Both the position numbers and the translations under genes were made by a program. Below are positions 1 to 8,669 of a DNA stretch of 64,000 nucleotides, in pieces. Under the pieces are notes generated by a model, which searched no databases, was not told the origin of the DNA, and worked only from the letters and a program-made list of their open reading frames with translations. The number at the start of each line of letters is the position of its first letter. Position 1 is the first letter of the stretch. Source of the stretch: Chthoniobacterales bacterium (lineage in GTDB: Bacteria > Verrucomicrobiota > Verrucomicrobiia > Chthoniobacterales > UBA10450); NCBI GenBank assembly GCA_036493915.1, contig DASXPA010000247.1:6085-70084 (forward strand). The letters are read 5' to 3'.

Positions 1-536
1 GCGCAAAACAAATGATACTCACCGAGCTTTGTAGGATGAAACCACTCCGTTGTGTATTTCCCCGGAACGACATCCTGCTTTACCCGAAACGCCGGAATGA
101 AGAAGCTGTGAATGACATCCTGCGAAGCCATCGTCAGCTCCACATCGCGCCCGAGCGGGACGTGTAACTCATCTATCTCTTTTTTTCCTTCCGCGTGCTG
201 CAGTTTCCACATCCATTGTTTCGCCACCACCTGGACTTGCAGCGCGTCCTTCGGAGGTCGCTCAATGTGATAGTAAACCGCCGCGCCCCAGATAAAAAAG
301 CCAAGGCCGACGAGCAACGGAAAAAGCGTCCAGCCCGATTCCAGTAGGTTGTTGCCCTCGGGCGGATTTGCGCGATTTACCTTTGCCCCGCGTCGGTAGC
401 GAATACAAAAAAAGATCACCGGCACGAAAACAACGAAGCAGAAGAACACTAACATCGCCGTCAGCCCAAAGTAGAGCCAATCGATCTGATGCGCGCTGCT
501 CGAGGCTTCCGGTGGAAAAAGATGAAACTTATCCAT
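1..536 (-). CDS. coxB: cytochrome c oxidase subunit II, N-terminal part (gene runs off the window start)
   Basis: My own minus-strand translation from ATG at 534-536: MDKFHLFPPEASSSAHQIDWLYFGLTAMLVFFCFVVFVPVIFFCIRYRRG...VVAKQWMWKLQH...VIHSFFIPAFRVKQDVVPGKYT...EYHLFC. Two TM helices, then a cupredoxin fold up to the start of the CuA site. Absent from the ORF track because no stop lies in the window. Confidence 0.8.
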   Translation of the reverse strand, partial: MDKFHLFPPEASSSAHQIDWLYFGLTAMLVFFCFVVFVPVIFFCIRYRRGAKVNRANPPEGNNLLESGWTLFPLLVGLGFFIWGAAVYYHIERPPKDALQVQVVAKQWMWKLQHAEGKKEIDELHVPLGRDVELTMASQDVIHSFFIPAFRVKQDVVPGKYTTEWFHPTKLGEYHLFC

Positions 537-537
537 C

Positions 538-1353
538 TTATGCTCCCTTCGTCGACTCGACCTCGCGGGGGCCGCGCCGGCACATCACCACAATCCCCCA
601 CGCCAGCACGAGCACCGTCGCAATGCCCGCGCCGCGCAGCACGGTCAAGATGAGCGCGCCATATTTTCCGGTGATCGGGTTATACCGGCAACACAGCAGG
701 ACTAGCTCATGGATGATGGAGCCCTCCTGTCCGTTAGAAGCGGCGATGATCGCAGTGCGCAGCTTTGCCGGCTCAAAGTTTACTCCGAAGAAGTAACGCG
801 AAATTGTTCCATCCGGTGTCAGGACGATGAAACCCGAAGGATGCGCGTACTGATGCAGCTCCGGGTCATACTTATAACGAAAACCAGCCTCATTGGCGAG
901 CTGCTCGATCGACTGCTCGTCGCCGGTCAGAAAATGCCAACCCTTGGCTGCGCCCGGCCGGCCGTAGCGTGTGAGATATTCTTTCTTCTTATTCGCAGCC
1001 ATCTCTGAAGTCTCATGCGGATCGATGCTCACGTTGATGACGTTGAAGTCACGGCCAACATTGAACCGCAGCTCTTGCAGCGCTTCGATCATCCCGTCGT
1101 TGATCAGCGTGCAGAGCATTGGGCATTGGTAGTAGCCGAGGACGAGCAGAGTCGGCTTGCTATTAAATAAATCCCGAAACGCAACGGTTCGCTTGTCCGC
1201 CTCTTGAAAGGTGAGGCCGGGCGAAATCGGCTGTCCAATGTGTTGATCATAACCAACCCGCTTGAGATCGTCCGGAGAAAGGCCGCGCGCGCCAGCGCCG
1301 TGCGTAAGACTCAACGCCACCACGAAAAGGAGATAAGGAAGCACCCGTTTCAT
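538..1353 (-). CDS. SCO1/SenC-family copper chaperone (thioredoxin fold) with C-terminal TM helix
   Basis: Internal start MKRVLPYLLFVVALSL of ORF 538..1719. CxxxC motif YYQCPMLCTLI and downstream His (YAHPSGFIVL). ATGA overlap with the upstream gene at 1350-1353. Lies between ACIII and cox genes. Confidence 0.8.
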   Translation of the reverse strand: MKRVLPYLLFVVALSLTHGAGARGLSPDDLKRVGYDQHIGQPISPGLTFQEADKRTVAFRDLFNSKPTLLVLGYYQCPMLCTLINDGMIEALQELRFNVGRDFNVINVSIDPHETSEMAANKKKEYLTRYGRPGAAKGWHFLTGDEQSIEQLANEAGFRYKYDPELHQYAHPSGFIVLTPDGTISRYFFGVNFEPAKLRTAIIAASNGQEGSIIHELVLLCCRYNPITGKYGALILTVLRGAGIATVLVLAWGIVVMCRRGPREVESTKGA

Positions 1354-1826
1354 GGCGTTCCCTCCGGCGCGGGTGAAGTGATCGGCTGGTTGGGCTGCTG
1401 ATCGGTTTGCGGGCGTGATTGCATCAGTTGCAGCCGCGTCTGGCCTACGCCCACCTGCGGCAAGCCGCGCTCGACCAGTAACTGCATCGCTCGCGCGATC
1501 GGGATGTGCGCGATGCCCGCAGAGCGATCGACCCAGCCGTAGGTCTCCAGCTGAGTCTCTTCCTGATTGCGCGTTTTCTCCCACTCGTTTCCCGGTTGCT
1601 GGATCAGTTGCGGCGCAGGGAATTTTGCCACCCGTTCTTCCATCCGAACGTGCGGCGGTTGCTGCGTCTCGCGACGCCGATTGAAAAAGTGCAAGACTCC
1701 CCACGAGAGCATCAGGCAAATCACGATCATCAGAAAAAGCAGGAGGACAATCATCACCAGGTTGATGACATCGACGTCCTTCCGCTCGTGCGTCGCATCG
1801 CCGACCTGATGCCCTTGAGGAATCAT
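1350..1826 (-). CDS. ACIII-operon-associated single-pass membrane protein, function unknown
   Basis: 158 aa with one hydrophobic helix (INLVMIVLLLFLMIVICLMLSWGVL). ATGA overlaps with actF (1823-1826) and the SCO1-like gene (1350-1353). No family recognised. Confidence 0.55.
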   Translation of the reverse strand: MIPQGHQVGDATHERKDVDVINLVMIVLLLFLMIVICLMLSWGVLHFFNRRRETQQPPHVRMEERVAKFPAPQLIQQPGNEWEKTRNQEETQLETYGWVDRSAGIAHIPIARAMQLLVERGLPQVGVGQTRLQLMQSRPQTDQQPNQPITSPAPEGTP

Positions 1827-2989
1827 ACGTTTGTCACCGCGACCGCAAAACGTGGGTCATTCATCGGCACGAGCGGCTTCGATTCGAGGTTGCGCGCGAA
1901 AAAGAAAAACCAAACTCCACCGAGCCCGAAGAAGGCAGTGAAATCGAGCCAACTCACATGGATGCCGTGGGGATAAAACGATGGCATCACCATCCACCAG
2001 ACATCGAGGATGTGGGCGACAAAAATCGACGCAGCGATCGCTGCCAGCGCCAGTCGAGTCCGCTTCATCTGGCGCGAGAGAAGGAGAAAGAACGGTCCGA
2101 AAAAGTGGAAGAGGACGAGGAAGACCAGAATCCACCGCCAGCCGCCGGCGATGCGATGGAGATACCACGATATCTCGTGCGGCAGATCGCCTGACCAGAT
2201 AACGATCAACTGCCCGAAGGCGAGATAAGCCCACATCATCGTCATCGCAAGGAGCAGGCTCCCGAGGTGATGATAATTTTGTTTGCCGACGACCTCCGAG
2301 AGCGGCGTCCGCGGTCCCAGCCATGCGAGCAGCAGGATCATGAAAGAGAGACCGCACAGCATCTGCCCGACACAGATCAGAATCGGGAACATGGTTGAAT
2401 ACCAATCCGGCTCCAGCGACATGACCCAATCCACTCCCACAATCGTGACCGTAAGAGGATAGATAACCAGACCCGGACCACTCAACGTGCGCAGCCGTTT
2501 CATCGGAGCGGGGTCAAGGGTTTTATCCTGCTCCCGAGACCATTTGTTGAGCAGGTAAGCCATCCAGCTCCAGATTCCGAATGCAACCACCGCTCGCCCG
2601 ATAAAAAACCAGTCACTAAAGAAAGGATGCTTATTCTGCAGCACATGATCCGCCGTTATCCGCGCCGGCTGCGCCCAGGGGTAAAGCTGATGAATGCCAA
2701 AGAAGATCGGAATGAAGAGAAGTCCAACGAGCGGTAGTGTCTTGGCCGCTGCCTCGCAAAAGCGGCGCACCGGCCAACCCCACTTTCCACCGGTGAGGTA
2801 ATGGATCATCAGAAAGGCCATGCAACCTAGAGCCACCCCTATCCAGAAGAGCTCAGCAAAGAGATAGGAGATGTAGAACTGCCGCGGCTCGAGAAACCAT
2901 CCAAGCAGACAGAGCAAAAGACAGATGATCCCGCCACCCAACCCGAGCCAGCTGCGTCTTCCCAAAACCATTTCGAGATTACCGTTCAT
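1823..2989 (-). CDS. actF: alternative complex III subunit ActF (NrfD/PsrC-like polytopic membrane protein)
   Basis: 388 aa with many TM helices, in the position after actE. ATGA overlap with actE at 2986-2989. Confidence 0.75.
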   Translation of the reverse strand: MNGNLEMVLGRRSWLGLGGGIICLLLCLLGWFLEPRQFYISYLFAELFWIGVALGCMAFLMIHYLTGGKWGWPVRRFCEAAAKTLPLVGLLFIPIFFGIHQLYPWAQPARITADHVLQNKHPFFSDWFFIGRAVVAFGIWSWMAYLLNKWSREQDKTLDPAPMKRLRTLSGPGLVIYPLTVTIVGVDWVMSLEPDWYSTMFPILICVGQMLCGLSFMILLLAWLGPRTPLSEVVGKQNYHHLGSLLLAMTMMWAYLAFGQLIVIWSGDLPHEISWYLHRIAGGWRWILVFLVLFHFFGPFFLLLSRQMKRTRLALAAIAASIFVAHILDVWWMVMPSFYPHGIHVSWLDFTAFFGLGGVWFFFFARNLESKPLVPMNDPRFAVAVTNV

Positions 2990-3561
2990 GGTCTTTGGTT
3001 GAGAGCGCCCTGTTCGTTAGGCGGGAGGTCGCTCGCCTTCGCGCTCCGACTCAGCTGCAGCGCGCGGATGTAGGCGGCGATGGCCCAGCGATCGTTCGGC
3101 TCGACTCGCGCCGCGTAGGAATACATCACGCCGTAGCCGTTTGTAATGACATCGTAAAAGTGACCGATCGGCGCATTACGCAACCGCTCGCTGTGATAAG
3201 TCGGCGGCGACGGAAACCCCCGCTTCACCACCTCGCCGTTTCCATCCCCGGCGAGGCCGTGGCACACGGCGCAATAAATATTGAATCGCTCCTGTCCCCG
3301 CTGGAGTAATTCGGGTGTCAGCTTTATCGGCGCCGGTAGCTGCGCGACGAGCACACCATTCGCGAGTCCGGTGTAATACGCTCCGTTTTCCCGCGGCTGG
3401 TGGTACTCGATCGTGTGAGGCGGAAGCGGGCGCGCACTCGTCCCATCCTGGAAAAAGTCGTTCTGCGAGTAAGGCTTTGTTCTCGGCTGGTTGTACATGT
3501 CCTGCCGGCAGGCGCCGCAGGCGAGCGCGAGCAAAAAGCAGCCGCAAAGCGCGAGTCTCAC
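2986..3561 (-). CDS. actE: alternative complex III subunit ActE (monoheme cytochrome c lipoprotein)
   Basis: 191 aa. Lipoprotein-like signal MRLALCGCFLLALACGAC and a single CAVCH heme-c motif. GTG start overlaps the actD stop (GTGA, 3558-3561). Confidence 0.8.
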   Translation of the reverse strand: MRLALCGCFLLALACGACRQDMYNQPRTKPYSQNDFFQDGTSARPLPPHTIEYHQPRENGAYYTGLANGVLVAQLPAPIKLTPELLQRGQERFNIYCAVCHGLAGDGNGEVVKRGFPSPPTYHSERLRNAPIGHFYDVITNGYGVMYSYAARVEPNDRWAIAAYIRALQLSRSAKASDLPPNEQGALNQRP

Positions 3562-4091
3562 TTCGCCACCTCCTTCACCATAAGCGGGCGAAGACCCTCC
3601 AGGAACGCGCGCGTCCGCGCCTTGTCGTATCGCGGGTCAACGGTCTCGATACAAAGAAAGAAACGGTCCTGCGAAGCGCGCTCAAATTCCGGCAGGTTAA
3701 ACATTGGGTGGTAGGGTTTAGGCAGACCGCTCAAGCCTAATGAAAAAAAGAACGCCGTGAGGGAGGCGCCCAGCACGGTCAACTCGAAGGTGATAGGAAT
3801 AAATGAAGGCCAGCTATGAAGTGGACGTCCACCCACGTTCAAAGGATAACTGATAACGTTGGCAAACCATTCCATGAAATAAGCACTGCACCCTCCCAGG
3901 ATGCCTCCGAGGAGGACAAGGAGCGGCATCCGGTTGCTCTTCCCCAGCGCCTTGGCAAGGCCTTCGATCGGGAAAGGCGTGTAGCCATCCATCTGTCGAT
4001 AACCCTCTCCGTACGCCTCCTCCGCAGCGTGCATCAACTCCTCAGCGGTTTCGAACTCGGCGGCCAGGCCATATACCCAATTCTCGCTCAT
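3558..4091 (-). CDS. actD: alternative complex III subunit ActD (DUF3341-type membrane protein)
   Basis: 177 aa with central hydrophobic helices. Sits between actC and actE. ATGA overlap with actC at 4088-4091. Confidence 0.75.
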   Translation of the reverse strand: MSENWVYGLAAEFETAEELMHAAEEAYGEGYRQMDGYTPFPIEGLAKALGKSNRMPLLVLLGGILGGCSAYFMEWFANVISYPLNVGGRPLHSWPSFIPITFELTVLGASLTAFFFSLGLSGLPKPYHPMFNLPEFERASQDRFFLCIETVDPRYDKARTRAFLEGLRPLMVKEVAK

Positions 4092-5491
4092 AGGGCGTTC
4101 GCCTTTTGCGGCTCAGCGACGAGCTCGCGCGTCTCGGAGATCGAAATCATGGGTAGGAAGCGGACAAAGAGAAAGAGCAAAGTGAGAAAGAGTCCCACGC
4201 TGCCGAAGAGCACGGCCCAATCAGAAATCGTCGGATAAAACATGCCCCACGCGGAAGGCATGAAATCACGGTGCAGACTGGTGATGACGATGACAAAGCG
4301 TTCCACCCACATCCCGACATTGATGAACAGGGCGACGATAAAGAGCGTTAGAGGGTTGCGCCGGATGCGGGCCGACCAAAGCGCTTGGGGAACTATTACA
4401 TTGCAAACCATGAGTCCCCAGAAGACCCAGCCGTAAGGTCCAAAGGCCCGATTCTGCATCATGTAAGCCTCAAAAATGTCACCGCTGTACCAGGACATAT
4501 ACGCCTCGATGATGTAGCCATAGGTCACCATCAACCCAGTGACGAGCATGACATTCGCCATGTTATTGAGATAACGCTCGGTAATAACGTTTTCTAGGTG
4601 ATAAAGCTTGCGCACCGGAATAACGATATTGAGCACCATGGCAAAACCGGAGTAGATCGCGCCCGCGACAAAGTAAGGCGCGAAAATCGTTGAATGCCAG
4701 CCTGGGACGATCGCGACGGCGAAGTCGAAGCTGACTACACTGTGCACGGAAAGAACAAGCGGTGTCGCAAGCCCCGCGAGGAGGAGATATGCGATCTGCT
4801 GTCGCTGCCAATGCCCAGCGGAATTCCGCCAGCCCAATGCCAGAACGCCATAGAATTTCTTTTGCCAGAGCTTCTTCGCCCGATCTCGCAGAGTTGCGAC
4901 ATCTGGCACCAGTCCAAGGTACCAAAATAGAAGTGAGACGATGAAATAGGTACCGACCGCGAAGACATCCCAGACAAGCGGACTGCGAAATTGCGGCCAG
5001 AGTCCCATCGTGTCCGGATAAGGGAAGAGGTAATAAAAAAGCCACGGCCGCCCGAGATGGATCAGTGGCATCAATCCAGCACAAGCCACGGCAAAAAGGG
5101 TCATCGCTTCGGCGAAGCGGTTAATCGCCGTCCGCCAGTGTTGGAACATCAGGAGCAAGATGGCGGAAATAAACGTTCCCGCGTGACCTATTCCGACCCA
5201 CCAAACGAAGTTCACGATCGCGAAGCCCCAGGCCACAGGAATGTTAATTCCAAAGACCCCGACACCACGAATAAGAAGCCAGGAGAGCGCAAAGAAAAAT
5301 ACCATGAGCAGGCCGAAAGCGATGACAAAGCCAATCCACCAGGTCGCCGGTTGCTTATTTCGCAAAACGATCGAGCCGATCGTTTCGTTGACGGTTTCGT
5401 AGCTTTGGTTCGGGGCGAGCAGGTTTGAGGGATACCCAAGCTTCGACATCCGGGTGTTCTCCCGTTCCTTCGGCGGGATGGTTACTTTCAT
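4088..5491 (-). CDS. actC: alternative complex III subunit ActC (NrfD/PsrC-family quinol-interacting membrane subunit)
   Basis: 467 aa polytopic membrane protein typical of polysulfide-reductase NrfD-like subunits, following actB. Confidence 0.85.
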   Translation of the reverse strand: MKVTIPPKERENTRMSKLGYPSNLLAPNQSYETVNETIGSIVLRNKQPATWWIGFVIAFGLLMVFFFALSWLLIRGVGVFGINIPVAWGFAIVNFVWWVGIGHAGTFISAILLLMFQHWRTAINRFAEAMTLFAVACAGLMPLIHLGRPWLFYYLFPYPDTMGLWPQFRSPLVWDVFAVGTYFIVSLLFWYLGLVPDVATLRDRAKKLWQKKFYGVLALGWRNSAGHWQRQQIAYLLLAGLATPLVLSVHSVVSFDFAVAIVPGWHSTIFAPYFVAGAIYSGFAMVLNIVIPVRKLYHLENVITERYLNNMANVMLVTGLMVTYGYIIEAYMSWYSGDIFEAYMMQNRAFGPYGWVFWGLMVCNVIVPQALWSARIRRNPLTLFIVALFINVGMWVERFVIVITSLHRDFMPSAWGMFYPTISDWAVLFGSVGLFLTLLFLFVRFLPMISISETRELVAEPQKANAL

Positions 5492-5520
5492 TCTCCGCTC
5501 CTTCCTAACGTCGAGCCCGT

Positions 5521-5625
5521 TGTCATCCTGAGCGGAGCGAAGGATCTCACATGGAACCTATCGGGGTCTTCGCGATCGGATACGCGGGGTGCGATGCGAG
5601 GTCCTTCGCTCCGCTTAGGATGACA
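5521..5625. repeat. palindromic intergenic element, family 1 (TGTCATCCTGAGCGGAGCGAAGGATCTC ... GAGGTCCTTCGCTCCGCTTAGGATGACA)
   Basis: About 29 bp imperfect terminal inverted repeats around a roughly 47 bp centre, in the 148 bp actB-actC spacer. A second copy lies at 56663-56769 with 27/29 identical left arms. Confidence 0.8.
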
Positions 5626-5639
5626 GGCGTTTGTTACCT

Positions 5640-8600
5640 TCACGACGCTAATTGCGAGTTGGGGTTGCGCAGCTTGGCGGCATAGCTGGTGCGCGGACGG
5701 GTGTTTAGCTCGGCAAGCATGCCATAGTCGAGCGGCTGTCTTTTTAAGCGCGAGACCCGGCTTTTGGGATCATGGATGTCGCCGAAAGTGATCGCCTCCG
5801 CCGGACAGACCTGGGCGCAGGCGGGTGTGATTTCGCCATCCCGAATTTTGCGATTCTCCAGCTGCGCGGTGATGCGCGCCGCATTGATCCGCTGCAAACA
5901 ATAGGTGCACTTTTCCATCACGCCGCGACAGCGCACAGTGACGTCGGGGTTTTTCACCAGCTTCTCGCTAGGCGCGTAATCGCCGTTGTATTCGAGGAAA
6001 TTAAAGCGCCTGACTTTGTAGGGACAGTTATTCGAGCAGTAACGCGTGCCGACACAACGGTTATAGATTTGCAGGTTAAGACCTTCATCGTCGTGTACCG
6101 TCGCTGCCACCGGACAAACCAGTTCACAGGGTGCCTGCTCGCAATGCATGCACGGGACTGGTTGATGATGAAACTCCGGATTGTCAGGCGCGCCGGCGTG
6201 ATAGGTGTCGACCCGAATCCAGTGCATCTCGCGTCCAGAGATGACTTGTAACTTACCGACAACTGGAATGTTGTTTTCTGCCTGACAGGCAATGGTGCAA
6301 GCGTTGCAGCCGATGCAAGTGTTGAGATCGACCACCATCGCCCAGGCGTAGCCATGGTTTTTGAATTCGTCCGGGTTGTAGAGCGTTTCGTCCTCTTTCG
6401 GAACTTTCTCCATCTCCTCGGCGAAACGCGGTCGCCTAACGAACTCGGCAAGCGTGCCCGAGCGATACATGTCGCGCCCTTCGATCGTAAAATGGTTTTG
6501 GGTAGTGGCGAACTGCTCCTGGTGAGGCAGCTTGCGAATCGTTAGGCCAGTGTCTTGCCAAAGCGCGTCGGAAGTGCGCAGGGCGTAAGCGTTATAACCT
6601 TTGTTCGTCCCGACGCGGCCGGCCTGTTGGCGGCCGTAGCCAAGATGCAAAGTGACCGTATTCTCCGCCTGGCCGGGCATGATCCAGATTGGCGCGCCGA
6701 GTTTCCGGCCGCGGTAAGTGAGTTCGATATAGTTGCCGTTCTTGAGATGTTCGCGCTGGGCGAGTGCCGGACTAACAAGTGCGGCATTATCCCAGGTGAT
6801 TTTGGAAAAAGGTTTAGGCAACTCCTGGAGCCAGCTGTTGTTCAGATAGCAGCCGTCAAGCATGCTGGGATCGGGACGGAAGACGATTTCCAGCCCAGTC
6901 GCGGGTGCGGGTTGTGAGACAGCGGGAGTCGGCGAAGCGGCGGCTCCCGACGGTGGAGCGCCGGCCGAGCCGGGCACAACGCCATCGCTTAAGACTTTGC
7001 GCCACTGTTTCTCGAAATCGCCGCTCTGGTTTCCCTGCTGCCACTGGGCGCGGACGATTTCGTAGTCGCTCCGAACGGGTTGTTGGACAAATGCCTGCAG
7101 CAACTGGTGCGTGGAAACGCCTTCGTAGAGCGGTTCGACAAGCGGCTGGACGATGGCGGCGGTGCCGTCATAGGCGCGGTTATCGCTCCAGCTCTCGAGA
7201 AAATGCGTGGCGGGAATCTGCCAATGACAAAGCTGGGAGGTTTCGTTGGCGTAAAGGCTGTGGTGCACGCGCAGTTTCACCTTTTGCAGCGCGCCGGCAA
7301 AATCGAGATCGACCGGCGCATCGTAAACGGGATCTCCGCCGATGATGACGAGCAGCTCGACTGCGCCGCTGCGCATTTCGGTAATCAGTTCTCGCAACGA
7401 ATCGTTCTGATTCACCGGATGGGCGACGGCGGAGGCGCGCGGGGTGACGGTGACGCCGATATTGCCTAACGACGCGTTGATCTCCGCGACGAGCGCCTGG
7501 ACTTCAGGCGGTTGAGTTTCGCCGGCGATGACGATGCTCGCTCCGCGATTCGCGCGCAGGTCCTGAGCCGCGGCCCAGACCCATTCGTTCGCGGAGACGG
7601 GAACGTTGGCGCTGGCGCCGCCGGTTCCAACCAAGGCTGCAAGGGCCTGTGTAAGTTGCCGTATCTCGTGCCCGGCAATCGGCAGCCGGTGATCGGCATT
7701 GGAACCGGTGATCGTCGGCGTCGGCTCGGCCGCGTAGAAGCGGCTCATGCTCGCGCCGGCAGGTTGTCCCACCCGCCGTGCGGCCGCGAGATCGCGCGTG
7801 TGGCTCAGCGCCGCCGGATGCATGTAGAGGAAATCCGAGTCGAGCGCGACGATGATTCTTGCCTTCGAAAAATCGTAGAGGTTTTCGGTGCCGCCGGTGC
7901 GAACTGCATCGCGCGTAAGCGGCTCCCATTGGTGCCAATTAGCGCGCGGAAATTTTTTTCCGAAGGCCTGAATCTGTGCGGCGAGCGTCGGCGAGGTGAC
8001 GGTCTGGGTGAGAAGGCGAATGCCCGCGCCATTGTTAGGCGATTGCGCGGCGAGGGCGACATTGAGCTCGTCGAGAAAGTTGCCCCAAGTTGCACCGGCG
8101 GTCCCGCCGGTGAGAGCTTTGGAGCGATCAGGATCGTAGAGGTCGAGGACGTCGGCCTGCGCCCAAATGGTGGTGGCGCCGAGACTGGCAGGATGTTCGG
8201 GGTTGCCCTCGATCTTAGTCGGACGGCCCTCGTTGCTCGTGACGATGATGCCCTGGCCGTAGCCGCCGAAGGTGGTGGCGCTGGCGAAATAGAGAGGCTT
8301 GCCTGGGACTAGCTCCTCGGGCCGGTTCACGTAAGGGACGATTTTTTCGATGCTCTGTTTGGTGCAGGCGCCGAGGCCGGCGAGGGCAAGCGACGCACCC
8401 ATGAGCCGGAGGAAATCGCGCCGATGCAACGCGTCGTGCCATTCGGAGGCACCCCGCGGGAACTCGCGATGGAGCCAGGCCTCGAACTCGGGCGTTTGCG
8501 CGAGTTCGTCGAGGCTGCGCCAGTATTTGGGAGAGGTTTCTTCCATCCTGGAGGGCGGAGCTCCTGCGACGCCGAGAGTGCCTGGATTTGCGGAGCTCAT

Positions 8601-8669
8601 CCCTCCAGGAATGGCGTCGGGTGACGGATCAGACGCCTTCTGATGCGACTGATGAGCGGGAGTGTTCAT
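5640..8669 (-). CDS. actB: alternative complex III subunit ActB (molybdopterin-oxidoreductase-like domain fused to 4Fe-4S ferredoxin domain)
   Basis: 1009 aa. Twin-arginine signal HRRDFLRLMGASLALAGLGAC. C-terminal Cys clusters (CIGCNACTIAC, CMHCEQAPCELVCP, CVGTRYCSNNCPY, CTYC...CAQVCP). ATGA overlap with actA. Confidence 0.9.
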   Translation of the reverse strand: MNTPAHQSHQKASDPSPDAIPGGMSSANPGTLGVAGAPPSRMEETSPKYWRSLDELAQTPEFEAWLHREFPRGASEWHDALHRRDFLRLMGASLALAGLGACTKQSIEKIVPYVNRPEELVPGKPLYFASATTFGGYGQGIIVTSNEGRPTKIEGNPEHPASLGATTIWAQADVLDLYDPDRSKALTGGTAGATWGNFLDELNVALAAQSPNNGAGIRLLTQTVTSPTLAAQIQAFGKKFPRANWHQWEPLTRDAVRTGGTENLYDFSKARIIVALDSDFLYMHPAALSHTRDLAAARRVGQPAGASMSRFYAAEPTPTITGSNADHRLPIAGHEIRQLTQALAALVGTGGASANVPVSANEWVWAAAQDLRANRGASIVIAGETQPPEVQALVAEINASLGNIGVTVTPRASAVAHPVNQNDSLRELITEMRSGAVELLVIIGGDPVYDAPVDLDFAGALQKVKLRVHHSLYANETSQLCHWQIPATHFLESWSDNRAYDGTAAIVQPLVEPLYEGVSTHQLLQAFVQQPVRSDYEIVRAQWQQGNQSGDFEKQWRKVLSDGVVPGSAGAPPSGAAASPTPAVSQPAPATGLEIVFRPDPSMLDGCYLNNSWLQELPKPFSKITWDNAALVSPALAQREHLKNGNYIELTYRGRKLGAPIWIMPGQAENTVTLHLGYGRQQAGRVGTNKGYNAYALRTSDALWQDTGLTIRKLPHQEQFATTQNHFTIEGRDMYRSGTLAEFVRRPRFAEEMEKVPKEDETLYNPDEFKNHGYAWAMVVDLNTCIGCNACTIACQAENNIPVVGKLQVISGREMHWIRVDTYHAGAPDNPEFHHQPVPCMHCEQAPCELVCPVAATVHDDEGLNLQIYNRCVGTRYCSNNCPYKVRRFNFLEYNGDYAPSEKLVKNPDVTVRCRGVMEKCTYCLQRINAARITAQLENRKIRDGEITPACAQVCPAEAITFGDIHDPKSRVSRLKRQPLDYGMLAELNTRPRTSYAAKLRNPNSQLAS

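Noticed and set aside
1354-1719. N-terminal 122-codon extension of the SCO1-like ORF (ORF track 538..1719).
   Set aside because: The extension is Ala/Arg/Gly-rich and fully overlaps the 1350..1826 gene in another frame. The internal Met at 1351-1353 gives a signal-anchor start and an ATGA overlap typical of this operon.
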